Below, one piece after another: positions 29,830 to 38,123 of a DNA stretch of 64,000 bases. The position numbers were made by a program, and so were the translations under genes. Origin of the DNA: an uncultured Actinomycetota bacterium (GTDB lineage Bacteria; Actinomycetota; Thermoleophilia; RBG-16-64-13). How positions within the stretch are numbered: position 1 is the stretch's first letter; each line of letters begins with the position of its first letter. Below the pieces are notes generated by a model, which saw nothing but the letters and a program-made list of their open reading frames with translations, searched no databases and was not told the DNA's origin. The stretch spans positions 289,879-353,878 of the forward strand of contig CAWCLH010000020.1 in NCBI GenBank assembly GCA_963796315.1. Reading direction: 5' to 3'.

Positions 29830-30622
29830 GGATGGACTGCATCGCCGGCATGTAGGCCACCTCCAGCGCGCGCCCGATCCCCAGGCCGTCGAGCATGCGC
29901 CCGACCGGGTGGTCGCCGAAGGTGAGCCGTGCCGAGACCCGCAATCGCTGCACGCCCCGCTTCCGCAGATTGACGTTGACCTCCGCGCGCACGATGCGCC
30001 CGTCCTGCAGGGACAGGGTGTGGTACTGGTACCGGTCGTCCGGCCGGGGTGAGGGCAGCTTCACGGTCAGGTCGAAGATCGGTCGCCCGTCCTCGCTCAG
30101 GCGGCAATGACCCCAGGCTCCCTCCACGCCGATATCGATCTCTCCCAGGAACTTGGGGAACCCGAAGAGATCCACTCCCAAGACCCGGGCGATCTCGGTG
30201 GTCACCGGCAATTGCCAGATGAAACCGGTCGGCCCCTCCTTCATGGCCCTCAAGAGGCCGGTCCCGACCGGGAGGGACGTGCCGGGGGTGGCGGCAACCG
30301 TGAGGGAGACCTCCTTGTAAGGGCCGATGTCGCTATCCCGGTACTCGAAGACGCCGATGTGCAAGACGCCGTGGCGGGGAGTGGCGCGCATCGGCCGGAG
30401 CTCTGGCGAGGGCAGGAGCGCGGCGAGACGGTCCAGCGGCGCCAGCAGGGCGACGTAGAAGTGCGTGACGTCGTAGTAGAAGGTGGGCACGCGCAACGCG
30501 TGACCGTCGTGCTCGAGTCGGACTTGGGGCACACCTCGGAAGAAGTCGAGGTCACGAAGGGCCGAGACCTCGCTCGGTCCGGCGCGGTCCTCGACCAATG
30601 TGCCGGTGAGTCCAGTGCTCAT
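29798..30622 (-). CDS. Acetoacetate decarboxylase (ADC)-family beta-barrel protein
   Basis: ATG 30622 after AGGAAAGGGGG. 274 aa. The pattern PTFYYDVTHFYVALLAPLDRLAALLP...GPYKEVSL...WQLPVTT resembles PF06314 members as recalled. Confidence 0.5.
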   Translation of the reverse strand: MSTGLTGTLVEDRAGPSEVSALRDLDFFRGVPQVRLEHDGHALRVPTFYYDVTHFYVALLAPLDRLAALLPSPELRPMRATPRHGVLHIGVFEYRDSDIGPYKEVSLTVAATPGTSLPVGTGLLRAMKEGPTGFIWQLPVTTEIARVLGVDLFGFPKFLGEIDIGVEGAWGHCRLSEDGRPIFDLTVKLPSPRPDDRYQYHTLSLQDGRIVRAEVNVNLRKRGVQRLRVSARLTFGDHPVGRMLDGLGIGRALEVAYMPAMQSILTGPIEGYPA

Positions 30623-30831
30623 GACTCCCCCTTTCCTGCGTACTTCCGCAAGAAGACCTACCCCCATGCTATTCCTCGGCTCGGGGAAGGGACAGCGCCG
30701 TGGATCACGCTCACGCCGGGCGAACCAAGGAGTCGCGAGCGAGGTGGTGACGGTGTACTGTGGCCTCGCCGACGAGGGCGACCGGCGAATCAAATCGCCT
30801 CGAGGACCGGGGCCGTCAGCGGGAGGAACGC

Positions 30832-31809
30832 ATGGGCGAGATCCTGACCAGGGTGTACCGCAAGGGTGTGCTCGACGCGGAGGGCTTTCCCATCGCCGAC
30901 GTGTCGGAGTACCTGGACGAGTCCGACACCGTGGTCTGGGTGGACGTCTGCGGTCCCTCGGTCGGGCAGGTCCGAGAGCTCGCGTCCGAGCTCAGCCTCC
31001 ATGAACTCGCCGTCGAAGATGCCCTCGGCCCCCACCAGCGGCCCAAGCTCGATCGGTACGCCACGCACCTGTTCCTATCGTGCCACGGCGTCCGCGTCGA
31101 CCCCGCTCTCGGGGACCTCAAGGTGACCGAGATCGACGCGTTCATCAGCGAGCGCTGGCTGGTCACCGTGCGCAAAGACAAGGGGTTCCCCTTGGAGCCG
31201 GTGCTGGGTCGCCTGGACCGCTCCCCCGACCTCGCTGTCCACGGGGTGAGCTTCCTGCTCTACGCGCTGCTCGACGTGGTCGTCGACGGCTACTTCGAAG
31301 CGGTGGAAGTGTTCGACACCTACTTCGAAGAGGTCAGCGACGCGATCTTCTCCGAGCGTCCCCTCGAGCTGTCCGAGCAGCGGCAGTGGTTCGATATGCG
31401 CCGGGCCACGGTGCGCTTCCACCGGCTGGTCGTGCCCCTGCGCGAAGCGGTCAGCGCCCTCATGCGGCGCGAGCACATGGCCGTCTCCGAGTACCTCCGT
31501 CCCTACTTCGAAGACGTCTACGACCATATCCTGCGGGTCAGCGAGACGTCCGATTCGCTGCGGGACCTGGTCGGCACCATCGTGGAGACGGATCTCACCC
31601 TGCGCGACTACCGCCAGAACCTGATCGTCAAGAAGGTCAGCAGCTGGGCGGCCATCGTCGCCGTCCCCGCCCTCATCACCGGCTACTACGGCATGAACGT
31701 CCCCTATCCCGGCTTCGCCAGCATCTGGGGGGTGGTGTCCTCCGCCGCCCTGATGGTCGGGGTCTCCCTGGGCCTCTACGTGCTCTTCCGGCGGCTGGAT
31801 TGGCTGTGA
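30832..31809 (+). CDS. corA: CorA-family magnesium/cobalt transporter
   Basis: ATG 30832 after GGGAGGA. Cytoplasmic domain plus two C-terminal TMs with the YGMNV signature. Confidence 0.9.
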   Translation: MGEILTRVYRKGVLDAEGFPIADVSEYLDESDTVVWVDVCGPSVGQVRELASELSLHELAVEDALGPHQRPKLDRYATHLFLSCHGVRVDPALGDLKVTEIDAFISERWLVTVRKDKGFPLEPVLGRLDRSPDLAVHGVSFLLYALLDVVVDGYFEAVEVFDTYFEEVSDAIFSERPLELSEQRQWFDMRRATVRFHRLVVPLREAVSALMRREHMAVSEYLRPYFEDVYDHILRVSETSDSLRDLVGTIVETDLTLRDYRQNLIVKKVSSWAAIVAVPALITGYYGMNVPYPGFASIWGVVSSAALMVGVSLGLYVLFRRLDWL

Positions 31810-31971
31810 GCCGGCCGCGCGCCCCGCGGTCTGTCCGGCCACCCGCCCCCTTCATGGTGACGGTCCCGTTTGCCCCGAAGCCGAGGAAGGGTACACGGAC
31901 TCATCCCGATTCCTGGCGGTGGAGTGGAGGAAGCGAGGCGGGGATGAACGCAGGGGAGCCCGGGCCAAGGT

Positions 31972-32769
31972 GTGAACACCGTAGCAGACGCCGCGAAGGA
32001 GGCTGCGGACAGCCGACCGATGGGTTGGCTGGCACGTGCCGGTCTCACCGCCCGCGGGTGTATCTACCTCCTCATGGGCGCACTGGCGGTGATGCTGGCA
32101 TTTGGTCATCAGACGGAAGTGGACCAGAGCGGTGCCCTCACGCACGTGGCCTCTCAGCCCTTCGGGCGGATCGTCGTGTTGCTGCTGGCGATCGGCTTTG
32201 CCGGCTACTCGTTGTGGCGCATTTCGGAAGCCGTGTTCGGGGTGACCGGCGAAGGACGCAAGGCGGGGCCACGCCTGCGTGCGGCGGGCAGCGGCATCGC
32301 GTACGCCATGTTGGCCTTCACGGCCGTGTCCGTCCTACGAGGCGGGGGACAGTCGCAGTCCGCAAAACAACAGGCGTTGTCAGCCAGAGTGATGGCGCAC
32401 TCCGGCGGCCGCGTCCTGGTGGGACTGATCGGGGCCGCGATCGTGGTCATCTCTGTCTTCATGATCGTGGAGGGCGTGCAGGGTGCCTTCATGCGCTACT
32501 TCAAGGCGACGCCGGCCCCGACTCGCAAGGTCATCCGCATTCTCGGGACTCTTGGCACCGTGGGGCGAGGGCTGGTGTTCGCACTCGTGGGGGTGTTCGT
32601 GATCTCGGCCGCGTGGACTTACTCTCCGGCGAAGGCGGGGGGGATCGACGCGGCGCTGAAGACCATGCTGGGCACTTCGTATGGACGTCCCGTGGTGATG
32701 CTCGCGGCCCTGGGACTGATCATGTTCGGCGTCTACGGACTGGCCGAAGCCCGGTATCGGCAGGTCTAG
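31972..32769 (+). CDS. DUF1206-type integral membrane protein
   Basis: 265-aa ORF (GTG start) with three repeats of a two-TM unit (ARGCIYLLMGALA..., GSGIAYAMLAF..., GRGLVFALVGVF...). Confidence 0.55.
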   Translation: MNTVADAAKEAADSRPMGWLARAGLTARGCIYLLMGALAVMLAFGHQTEVDQSGALTHVASQPFGRIVVLLLAIGFAGYSLWRISEAVFGVTGEGRKAGPRLRAAGSGIAYAMLAFTAVSVLRGGGQSQSAKQQALSARVMAHSGGRVLVGLIGAAIVVISVFMIVEGVQGAFMRYFKATPAPTRKVIRILGTLGTVGRGLVFALVGVFVISAAWTYSPAKAGGIDAALKTMLGTSYGRPVVMLAALGLIMFGVYGLAEARYRQV

Positions 32770-32982
32770 GGTTCCGTGAGGAGTACAAGCCGGGTCCGAG
32801 TGACGTACCCCATGACCGGGACCAACGCCCAGGGCGATGCTTTCGGCACCGAGGGGACGGCCATCGGCGCTGACTTCGAGTGGGCGGTGAGATCCGGCGC
32901 GCTTCCGGTGGACGCCTCTCTTCTCACCCGCCGCGTCTTTTTCAGTGTAGGCGCCTCTTTTTTCCATTCCTCGCCTGCTAGC

Positions 32983-34331
32983 ATGCAACAAACCAAATGG
33001 TTCGACCGTTTGATGATGGTGGTACGTCACCCGTGGTGGTCCATCCCGACGAAGGGAGCAGGAGTGAGGCGAGCGCGCGTGTTGGCGATGTCTGCGGTGG
33101 TGACCGCGGCGCTGGTCTTGGTCATGGGAGTGGGGCCGGCGGCAGCGGCCTTCTCCGACGTCAAACCGACCGACTGGTTCGTCACGGCCGTCGACCAGCT
33201 GGCCGCCAAGGGCGTGGTCCAGGGCGGGACGGACGGCCGGTTCCGTCCGTACGAGACGGTCACCCGAGCGCAGTTCGCCGCCATGCTGGCCCGAGCGGTC
33301 AAGCCGCCGGCGGCGACCACGGAGCCGTTCACCGACGTCTACGGGTCCGACTGGTTCTACGGTCCGGTGGCCAGTCTCTATCACGCCGGCCTGATCGCCG
33401 GGACCTCGGCCACCTCCTACTCTCCGGCCTCGGGCCTCGCCCGTCAGCAGGCCGCCACCTTGATCGTCCGCGCCGTCGGCTACCAGCAGAGCAAGGAGAC
33501 CACGCCCACCGTCGACCTGACATTGACCGACCAACAGGTCGAGAGCTGGCTCGGCGGCTTCAAGGACCGCGGCTTCATCAGCCAGGCCCATCGGTTCGGC
33601 ATGGCGAACAGCGTCAGGCTGAGCATCGTCGAAGGCTACGCGGACGGCCGCTTCTATCCGTTCTTCACCATCACCCGCGCCCAGGCGGCCGGGATGATCT
33701 ACCGGGGACTGTTCACCCCCCTGGCACCCAAGACCACCCCGCCGCCGACCGTGCCCGCGGAAGCGTCCTATCCGGTGCTCTCCATCGGCTCCAACAGTCC
33801 GCTGGTCGGCTGGCTCGAGGAGAAGCTCCGATCGCTCCACTACGTGCCGGGAGCGGTCAACACCACCTACGATGAGGCGACCAAAGACGCGGTCATGGCC
33901 TTCCAAAAGGTCGAACGTCTCAGCCGGGACGGTCAGGCCGGGCCGCAGGTCTGGTGCCGCATATTCGTGGCCCAAGTCCTCGGCCCGGCTCGGCGCCGGA
34001 GGCAACCGAGCCGAAATGGATCTCAGCCGACAGGTGCTCCTGATGGTCAACAACGGGCGAGTCTGGAAGATCCTGCCCGTCGCCACCGGACGGCAGGCTG
34101 GCTGACGCCTCCCGGTCACTATCGCATCATCCGCAAGATGCCCTGGTGGCGCGAGCAGCCTGGGCTTGCTGTACAAGCCCTCCTACTTCAATGGCGGGAT
34201 CGCCATTCATGGGGCCGTACTCGGTGCCGGTTTACCCGGCCAGCCACGGCTGTGTGCGGGTGCCGTGCTGGGCGACGGATGCGCTCTATCCGCAGTTGCC
34301 GATCGGCATGCCGGTGGACGTCTACTACTAA
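32983..34331 (+). CDS. Secreted SLH-domain / peptidoglycan-binding / YkuD L,D-transpeptidase protein; at least three frame breaks in the last about 400 nt
   Basis: Signal peptide VRRARVLAMSAVVTAALVLVMGVGPAAAA. Three SLH-like repeats (FSDV..DWF..A..L...G...G, FTDVYGSDWFYGPV, GYADGRFYP). PG_binding_1 (YDEATKDAVMAFQKVERLSRDGQAGPQVW). YkuD pieces are in ORFs 33872.. (DLSRQVLLMVNNGRVWKILPVATG), 34166.. (YKPSYFNGGIAIHG) and 34146..34331 (SHGCVRV). Confidence 0.75.
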
Positions 34332-34380
34332 GAGTGAGCGGCTCGAGGCGGGCCGGGAGACCCTGGAGAGCCCCCCGGTC

Positions 34381-34408
34381 TTGCGGCCTCCCGGGGGTGA
34401 GGTATCAT
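34381..34408 (+). promoter_or_regulatory. Promoter for tRNA-Val (TTGCGG-N16-TATCAT)
   Basis: TTGCGG at 34381..34386 and TATCAT at 34403..34408; the tRNA starts at 34421. Confidence 0.5.
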
Positions 34409-34420
34409 TGCGCGGCTAAC

Positions 34421-34492
34421 GGGCGCTTAGCTCAGGGGGAGAGCGCTTCCTTGACGCGGAAGAGGCCACAGGTTCAAATCCTGTAGCGCCCA
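34421..34492 (+). tRNA. tRNA-Val (anticodon GAC)
   Basis: Acceptor GGGCGCT/AGCGCCC, D arm GCTC-AGGGGGA-GAGC, anticodon stem CTTCC/GGAAG with loop TTGACGC, T arm ACAGG-TTCAAAT-CCTGT, discriminator A. Confidence 0.9.
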
Positions 34493-34504
34493 CCTTGGTG
34501 TACG

Positions 34505-34552
34505 AAGAGCCCCTTTTGCCGTTCGTTTCCCGGACGTCAAAGGGGCTCTTTT
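34505..34552 (+). terminator. Hairpin followed by a T-run, downstream of tRNA-Val
   Basis: AAGAGCCCCTTT ... AAAGGGGCTCTT (12-bp arms, 22-nt loop) followed by TT. Confidence 0.5.
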
Positions 34553-34769
34553 GCTGGTAATCCACGATTTCTTGGTTCCAGAGCAGTTGGCCTTTCATCG
34601 GTCGCCGCCGGGCCTCTTAAGGGAGGCTGCGGCGATAGTCGATGAGATCTTGGAATGCTCCCGCCAGAGTTCCTCGAACACTTGGTTGCCTTTCTGGACC
34701 CGTGCGGAAGTGCCACCATCTGCTTGGGCGATCATGAGGGGAGCTACAGTCGAAGTAGAGGAGCGGGAA

Positions 34770-35165
34770 ATGGGCTTTGATCTCACCAGTGACGCCGGTA
34801 CCAAACTGCGGTTCAGCGGCATAGGCTGGGCGTTCTATCTCAATCTCGCAGAGTCGTACGGCTGGCGACCCACCGGCACCCTGCCGCCTGAGGGAGTTGC
34901 AGCTGGGCAGTGGTCCGGCTGCTACGACTCGAACGACGGCCAGCATGTCAGACATGATGACGCCATCGCGCTCGCGGTCGCACTGTCTTCGGCGCTGGCG
35001 GATCCCGAACGGAAGGACGGGGAAAAGGCGCTCGCTGACAAGCTAACCCGCGACCTTAGTGCGATGCTGCGCAGGCCAGTCTCGCCGATGCAGCCGCCCG
35101 AAGACGACTCACTTCTGCGCCAGCTCGTTGCGTTCTGTGGGACAGGCGGCTTCCGTATTGACTAG
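34770..35165 (+). CDS. Hypothetical protein (131 aa)
   Basis: ATG 34770 after GAGGAGCGGG within ORF 34551..35165. No recognisable family; lower-GC context. Confidence 0.45.
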   Translation: MGFDLTSDAGTKLRFSGIGWAFYLNLAESYGWRPTGTLPPEGVAAGQWSGCYDSNDGQHVRHDDAIALAVALSSALADPERKDGEKALADKLTRDLSAMLRRPVSPMQPPEDDSLLRQLVAFCGTGGFRID

Positions 35166-35230
35166 GCCGCCCGAGAGATTTCCGCCCGTGATTGAAGCGA
35201 CGGCTGGCCTCCCTCGCAGTGAGGAGCGAC

Positions 35231-35725
35231 TCAGTCGTCGATCGCCTCGACACCGAGTCGCTTGAGTTCTTCAAGGTGGTCCTTCATGGCCTTGAGCACT
35301 TCGGGGGTGTGCCCCTGCCAGTCCGTGCACTCGCCCGTCACCCGCAGAGGCTCCCGAGAGCGGTATGACTTCGTCGGATTACCGGGGAACATCTTGTCCG
35401 TCAGGTTGGGGTCATCCACGATCGGGCCCGTCGGTTCCACGAGGTAGATTCTGCCGGGACCTTCGCCGAGAGCCAGCTCCGCCCCCCAGACGGCCGCGTC
35501 CAGAGTGCCGGTCAGGTAGACCCAGGTTGCCTGCTTCCTCTTCCCATAGTTGGAGCGATAGCCAGGCTCGATCAGGTCTCCCAGCTTCAGGTCGGCCCGT
35601 GTGCCATGGTAGAACCGCTGCGGACTCGGATCCTCGGTAGCTGCCACCGACTTGCTCCTCTCATGCTGCGCGGCTCCGCTGCCGCGCGCCGTAGCCGGTC
35701 CCTGAGGCGTCGAGACCACACCCAT
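35231..35725 (-). CDS. arr: NAD+--rifampin ADP-ribosyltransferase (Arr family)
   Basis: ATG 35725 after AGGAG. FYHGTRADLKLGDLI, AAVWGAELA, IYLVEPTGPIVDDPNLTDKMFPGNPTKSYRSREPLRVTG and DWQGH closely parallel the M. smegmatis Arr sequence as recalled. Confidence 0.85.
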   Translation of the reverse strand: MGVVSTPQGPATARGSGAAQHERSKSVAATEDPSPQRFYHGTRADLKLGDLIEPGYRSNYGKRKQATWVYLTGTLDAAVWGAELALGEGPGRIYLVEPTGPIVDDPNLTDKMFPGNPTKSYRSREPLRVTGECTDWQGHTPEVLKAMKDHLEELKRLGVEAIDD

Positions 35726-35839
35726 TTCGACTCCTGTGCCCGTACTTTTCGAAGTGCGGCGTTCATTATGCGGCACGACCCGGGGCTTGCCGCAAGCCCC
35801 CACCTGGGCTGTACACTAAGACTGGAGGGTTCTTAACGG

Positions 35840-36358
35840 GTGTCGTCAGAGAACTCGATGTCCGCCCCGCAAAGCCCACTCGTCGGTCCGGCTTCGTGGT
35901 TGGGGCCTTTCATTGCCGGCGCAGGGACTGACGTCGGCGCGACCCGGGAGACTCGTGGCCGATCGGACCCGCAACAGAACGCGGAAACGCCAGACCTCAT
36001 GTTCACGGTAGCGTGGATCTCACTCGGCGCCAGCGGGGTCGGCATCCTTGTCTTCGGTCTGGTGACCGCCATTGTGCCAGGCAGCAGTGACCCACTCTCC
36101 CTACGTGCGATCGGGGTCGCGTCGGTGGGGATGGGGCTGTTCGGTCTTGCCATAACGGTGATCCCGTTCAGGCAAGTCGAACGATGGGCGTGGGTCACTC
36201 TGTGGTACTACCCGGCCTTCTGGATTGCCCACCTGGCATGGGGACTCCCACCCGGCGAAGACCACGTCCATCAGGTCGTGTTCATCTTCCTCTCGGTTGC
36301 AGGGCTGCTCATTTCTGTGACCAAGTTCTTCCCAAGAACAAAGGCCCGCTCGCTCTGA
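35840..36358 (+). CDS. Hypothetical integral membrane protein (about 4 TM)
   Basis: 172-aa ORF. Hydrophobic segments FTVAWISLGASGVGILVFGLV, IGVASVGMGLFGLAITVI, WVTLWYYPAFWIAHLAW and VVFIFLSVAGLLISV. The start is uncertain. Confidence 0.5.
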   Translation: MSSENSMSAPQSPLVGPASWLGPFIAGAGTDVGATRETRGRSDPQQNAETPDLMFTVAWISLGASGVGILVFGLVTAIVPGSSDPLSLRAIGVASVGMGLFGLAITVIPFRQVERWAWVTLWYYPAFWIAHLAWGLPPGEDHVHQVVFIFLSVAGLLISVTKFFPRTKARSL

Positions 36359-36378
36359 GGGCCGCCGGGTTGGCCGGC

Positions 36379-36879
36379 CTACGTGCTGGCCAGAAACGCA
36401 GGATGATGTACCACCTCGCCGGCCGGCATCTCACCGGACATCAGGAGGCAGAGCACGTTCTCGTCGGGCACGCCGGGCCAGCTCACCCCCGGATACTGCA
36501 TGAATCCGAAACGGGCGTAGAAGGCCGGATCTCCGACCAGCACGCACCCGCAGGCTCCCCGCGAGCGCAGTGCAGCAAGACCGGTCTCCACCAGCGCGCG
36601 TCCGACCCCCTCGCCGTGGCGGGCCGGCCGGACCGCCACCGGCCCGAGCAGGAACCAGCCCGTCGACGAGTCGCCGATCTCGGCAGCCGAGAACGCGATA
36701 TGGCCCACCACCTCGCCGTCGGACTCGGCGACGAGCGACAACTCCAAGGCGCCCGCCGCCCGCAATGCCTCCACGATGAGATGTTCCGTCTGCTGACTGT
36801 AGGGGTGACCCTGGAAGGCGATGATGTTGACCTCGCGGATGCCATCGACATCCCGATCGGTCTCCGGACGAACAAGCAT
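36379..36879 (-). CDS. GNAT-family N-acetyltransferase
   Basis: ATG 36879 after GGAGG. The acetyl-CoA motif LGPVAVRPARHGEGVGRALV and the FYARFGF tail are typical of small GNATs. Confidence 0.8.
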   Translation of the reverse strand: MLVRPETDRDVDGIREVNIIAFQGHPYSQQTEHLIVEALRAAGALELSLVAESDGEVVGHIAFSAAEIGDSSTGWFLLGPVAVRPARHGEGVGRALVETGLAALRSRGACGCVLVGDPAFYARFGFMQYPGVSWPGVPDENVLCLLMSGEMPAGEVVHHPAFLAST

Positions 36880-36998
36880 GTTGGACCTCCTTCTGACTGC
36901 GCCGAACGCGTTGCGCACGACCGCACAAACACTCTTGGGACGATTCACTCACTGCGCCGCCGCTACCCGGTCCAAGTCGGGGAGCAAGTGGGCCCGAG

Positions 36999-38061
36999 TC
37001 AGATCGCAGTGCCTTCGACGACGCTCCAAGGCATGCCCTTCAGCGGCGTGATCTGCGTGAGCGCGAAGCCGGACTGGTTGAGCAACTGCTCGAATTCGCC
37101 CGCCGTACGCTCACGGCCGCCCACCACCGCCAGCATCTCGAGATCAGCCTGTCTGACAAGCCGCTTGAAAGCGGGCGCCGAGGGGTCATCTCCCTCGGGA
37201 AGGACCATCTCTACCACGAGCACGCGGGCCCCCTCGTCCATCACCGCTCGACAGCGGGCCAGGATGCGCCGCGCGGTAGGGTCGTCCCAGTCGTGCAGGA
37301 TCCAGGAGAGGAAGTAGGCATCGCCCCCCGGGGGGACGGCCTCCCGAAAGTCGCCGGCGATGACGTCGCAGCGCTCAGCAAGGCCGGCCTCCCGCAGTGG
37401 CTCACGGGCGCCCTCCACCACGCCGGGCAGATCGAACAGGATTCCGCGAAGACGAGGGTATGCGGTCAGCAGGCCCGACAGCAGACCGCCTCGACCGCCG
37501 CCGACATCAACCACGCAGCGAAAGCCGCTGAGGTCGACCGAGGCAACGACCGCCTGATCGCGGACGGCTCCGATCCGGGCCATGCTTTCTTCGAAGGAGG
37601 CTGCCGTCTCCGGGTGAGCGGCCAGATAGTCCCAGAAGCGACACCCGTGGGCTGCTACGAGCCCGGGCTCGCCGGTTTGCAGCGTGTGGGTGAGGTGTCC
37701 GTAGGCGTACCAGCGCCACGGGTCGGTAGAGAGGGTCGACTGCGTAGCGGCGTAGCGAGCCCGGGACGTCGGTGCGCAGAAGATCGCCCAGAGCGGTCAA
37801 ACAGTAGCGGCCATCGTCGCCGAGCGTGAACAGGCCGGTAGCAAGGGTGGCGTCAAGAAGACGGGCCAGCGCACCCGCGTCGGCGCCGACAGAAGCGGCA
37901 AGCGCCGCACTCGTGGCCGGACCATCTGCCAGGGCGTCGGCGACGCCGAGGCGGGCGAATGCGCCGATCGCGGCGCTCACCTGGTAGCCGCCGATGAGCT
38001 CGGCCAAGCGACGGTGGGAGGCGGAGCTCTGCTCGGAAGGTGGGGTCGCTCCTTCTGTCAT
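36999..38061 (-). CDS. Class I SAM-dependent O-methyltransferase (dimerisation domain plus Methyltransf_2 type); one apparent frameshift near 37755-37770
   Basis: The N-terminal winged-helix part is in ORF 37507..38061. The catalytic part is in ORF 36999..37583 and its upstream extension (WRWYAYGHLTHTLQTGEP, VVDVGGGRGGLL, FDLPGVV, GDFRE, YFLSWILHDW). Confidence 0.8.
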
Positions 38062-38123
38062 TCTCTCCCTCGCTCCGTGTCTTGGTGCCCCGCTCCTGGC
38101 AGCTCAGCTTCAAGGCGGCTCAA

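Noticed and set aside
37742-37757. A perfect 8-nt tandem duplication (GCGTAGCG GCGTAGCG) as the cause of the O-methyltransferase frameshift.
   Set aside because: Removing one copy does not restore the frame. In the downstream correct frame the duplicated bases encode a sensible RYAATQ. The break is more likely in the adjacent CCCGGG run.
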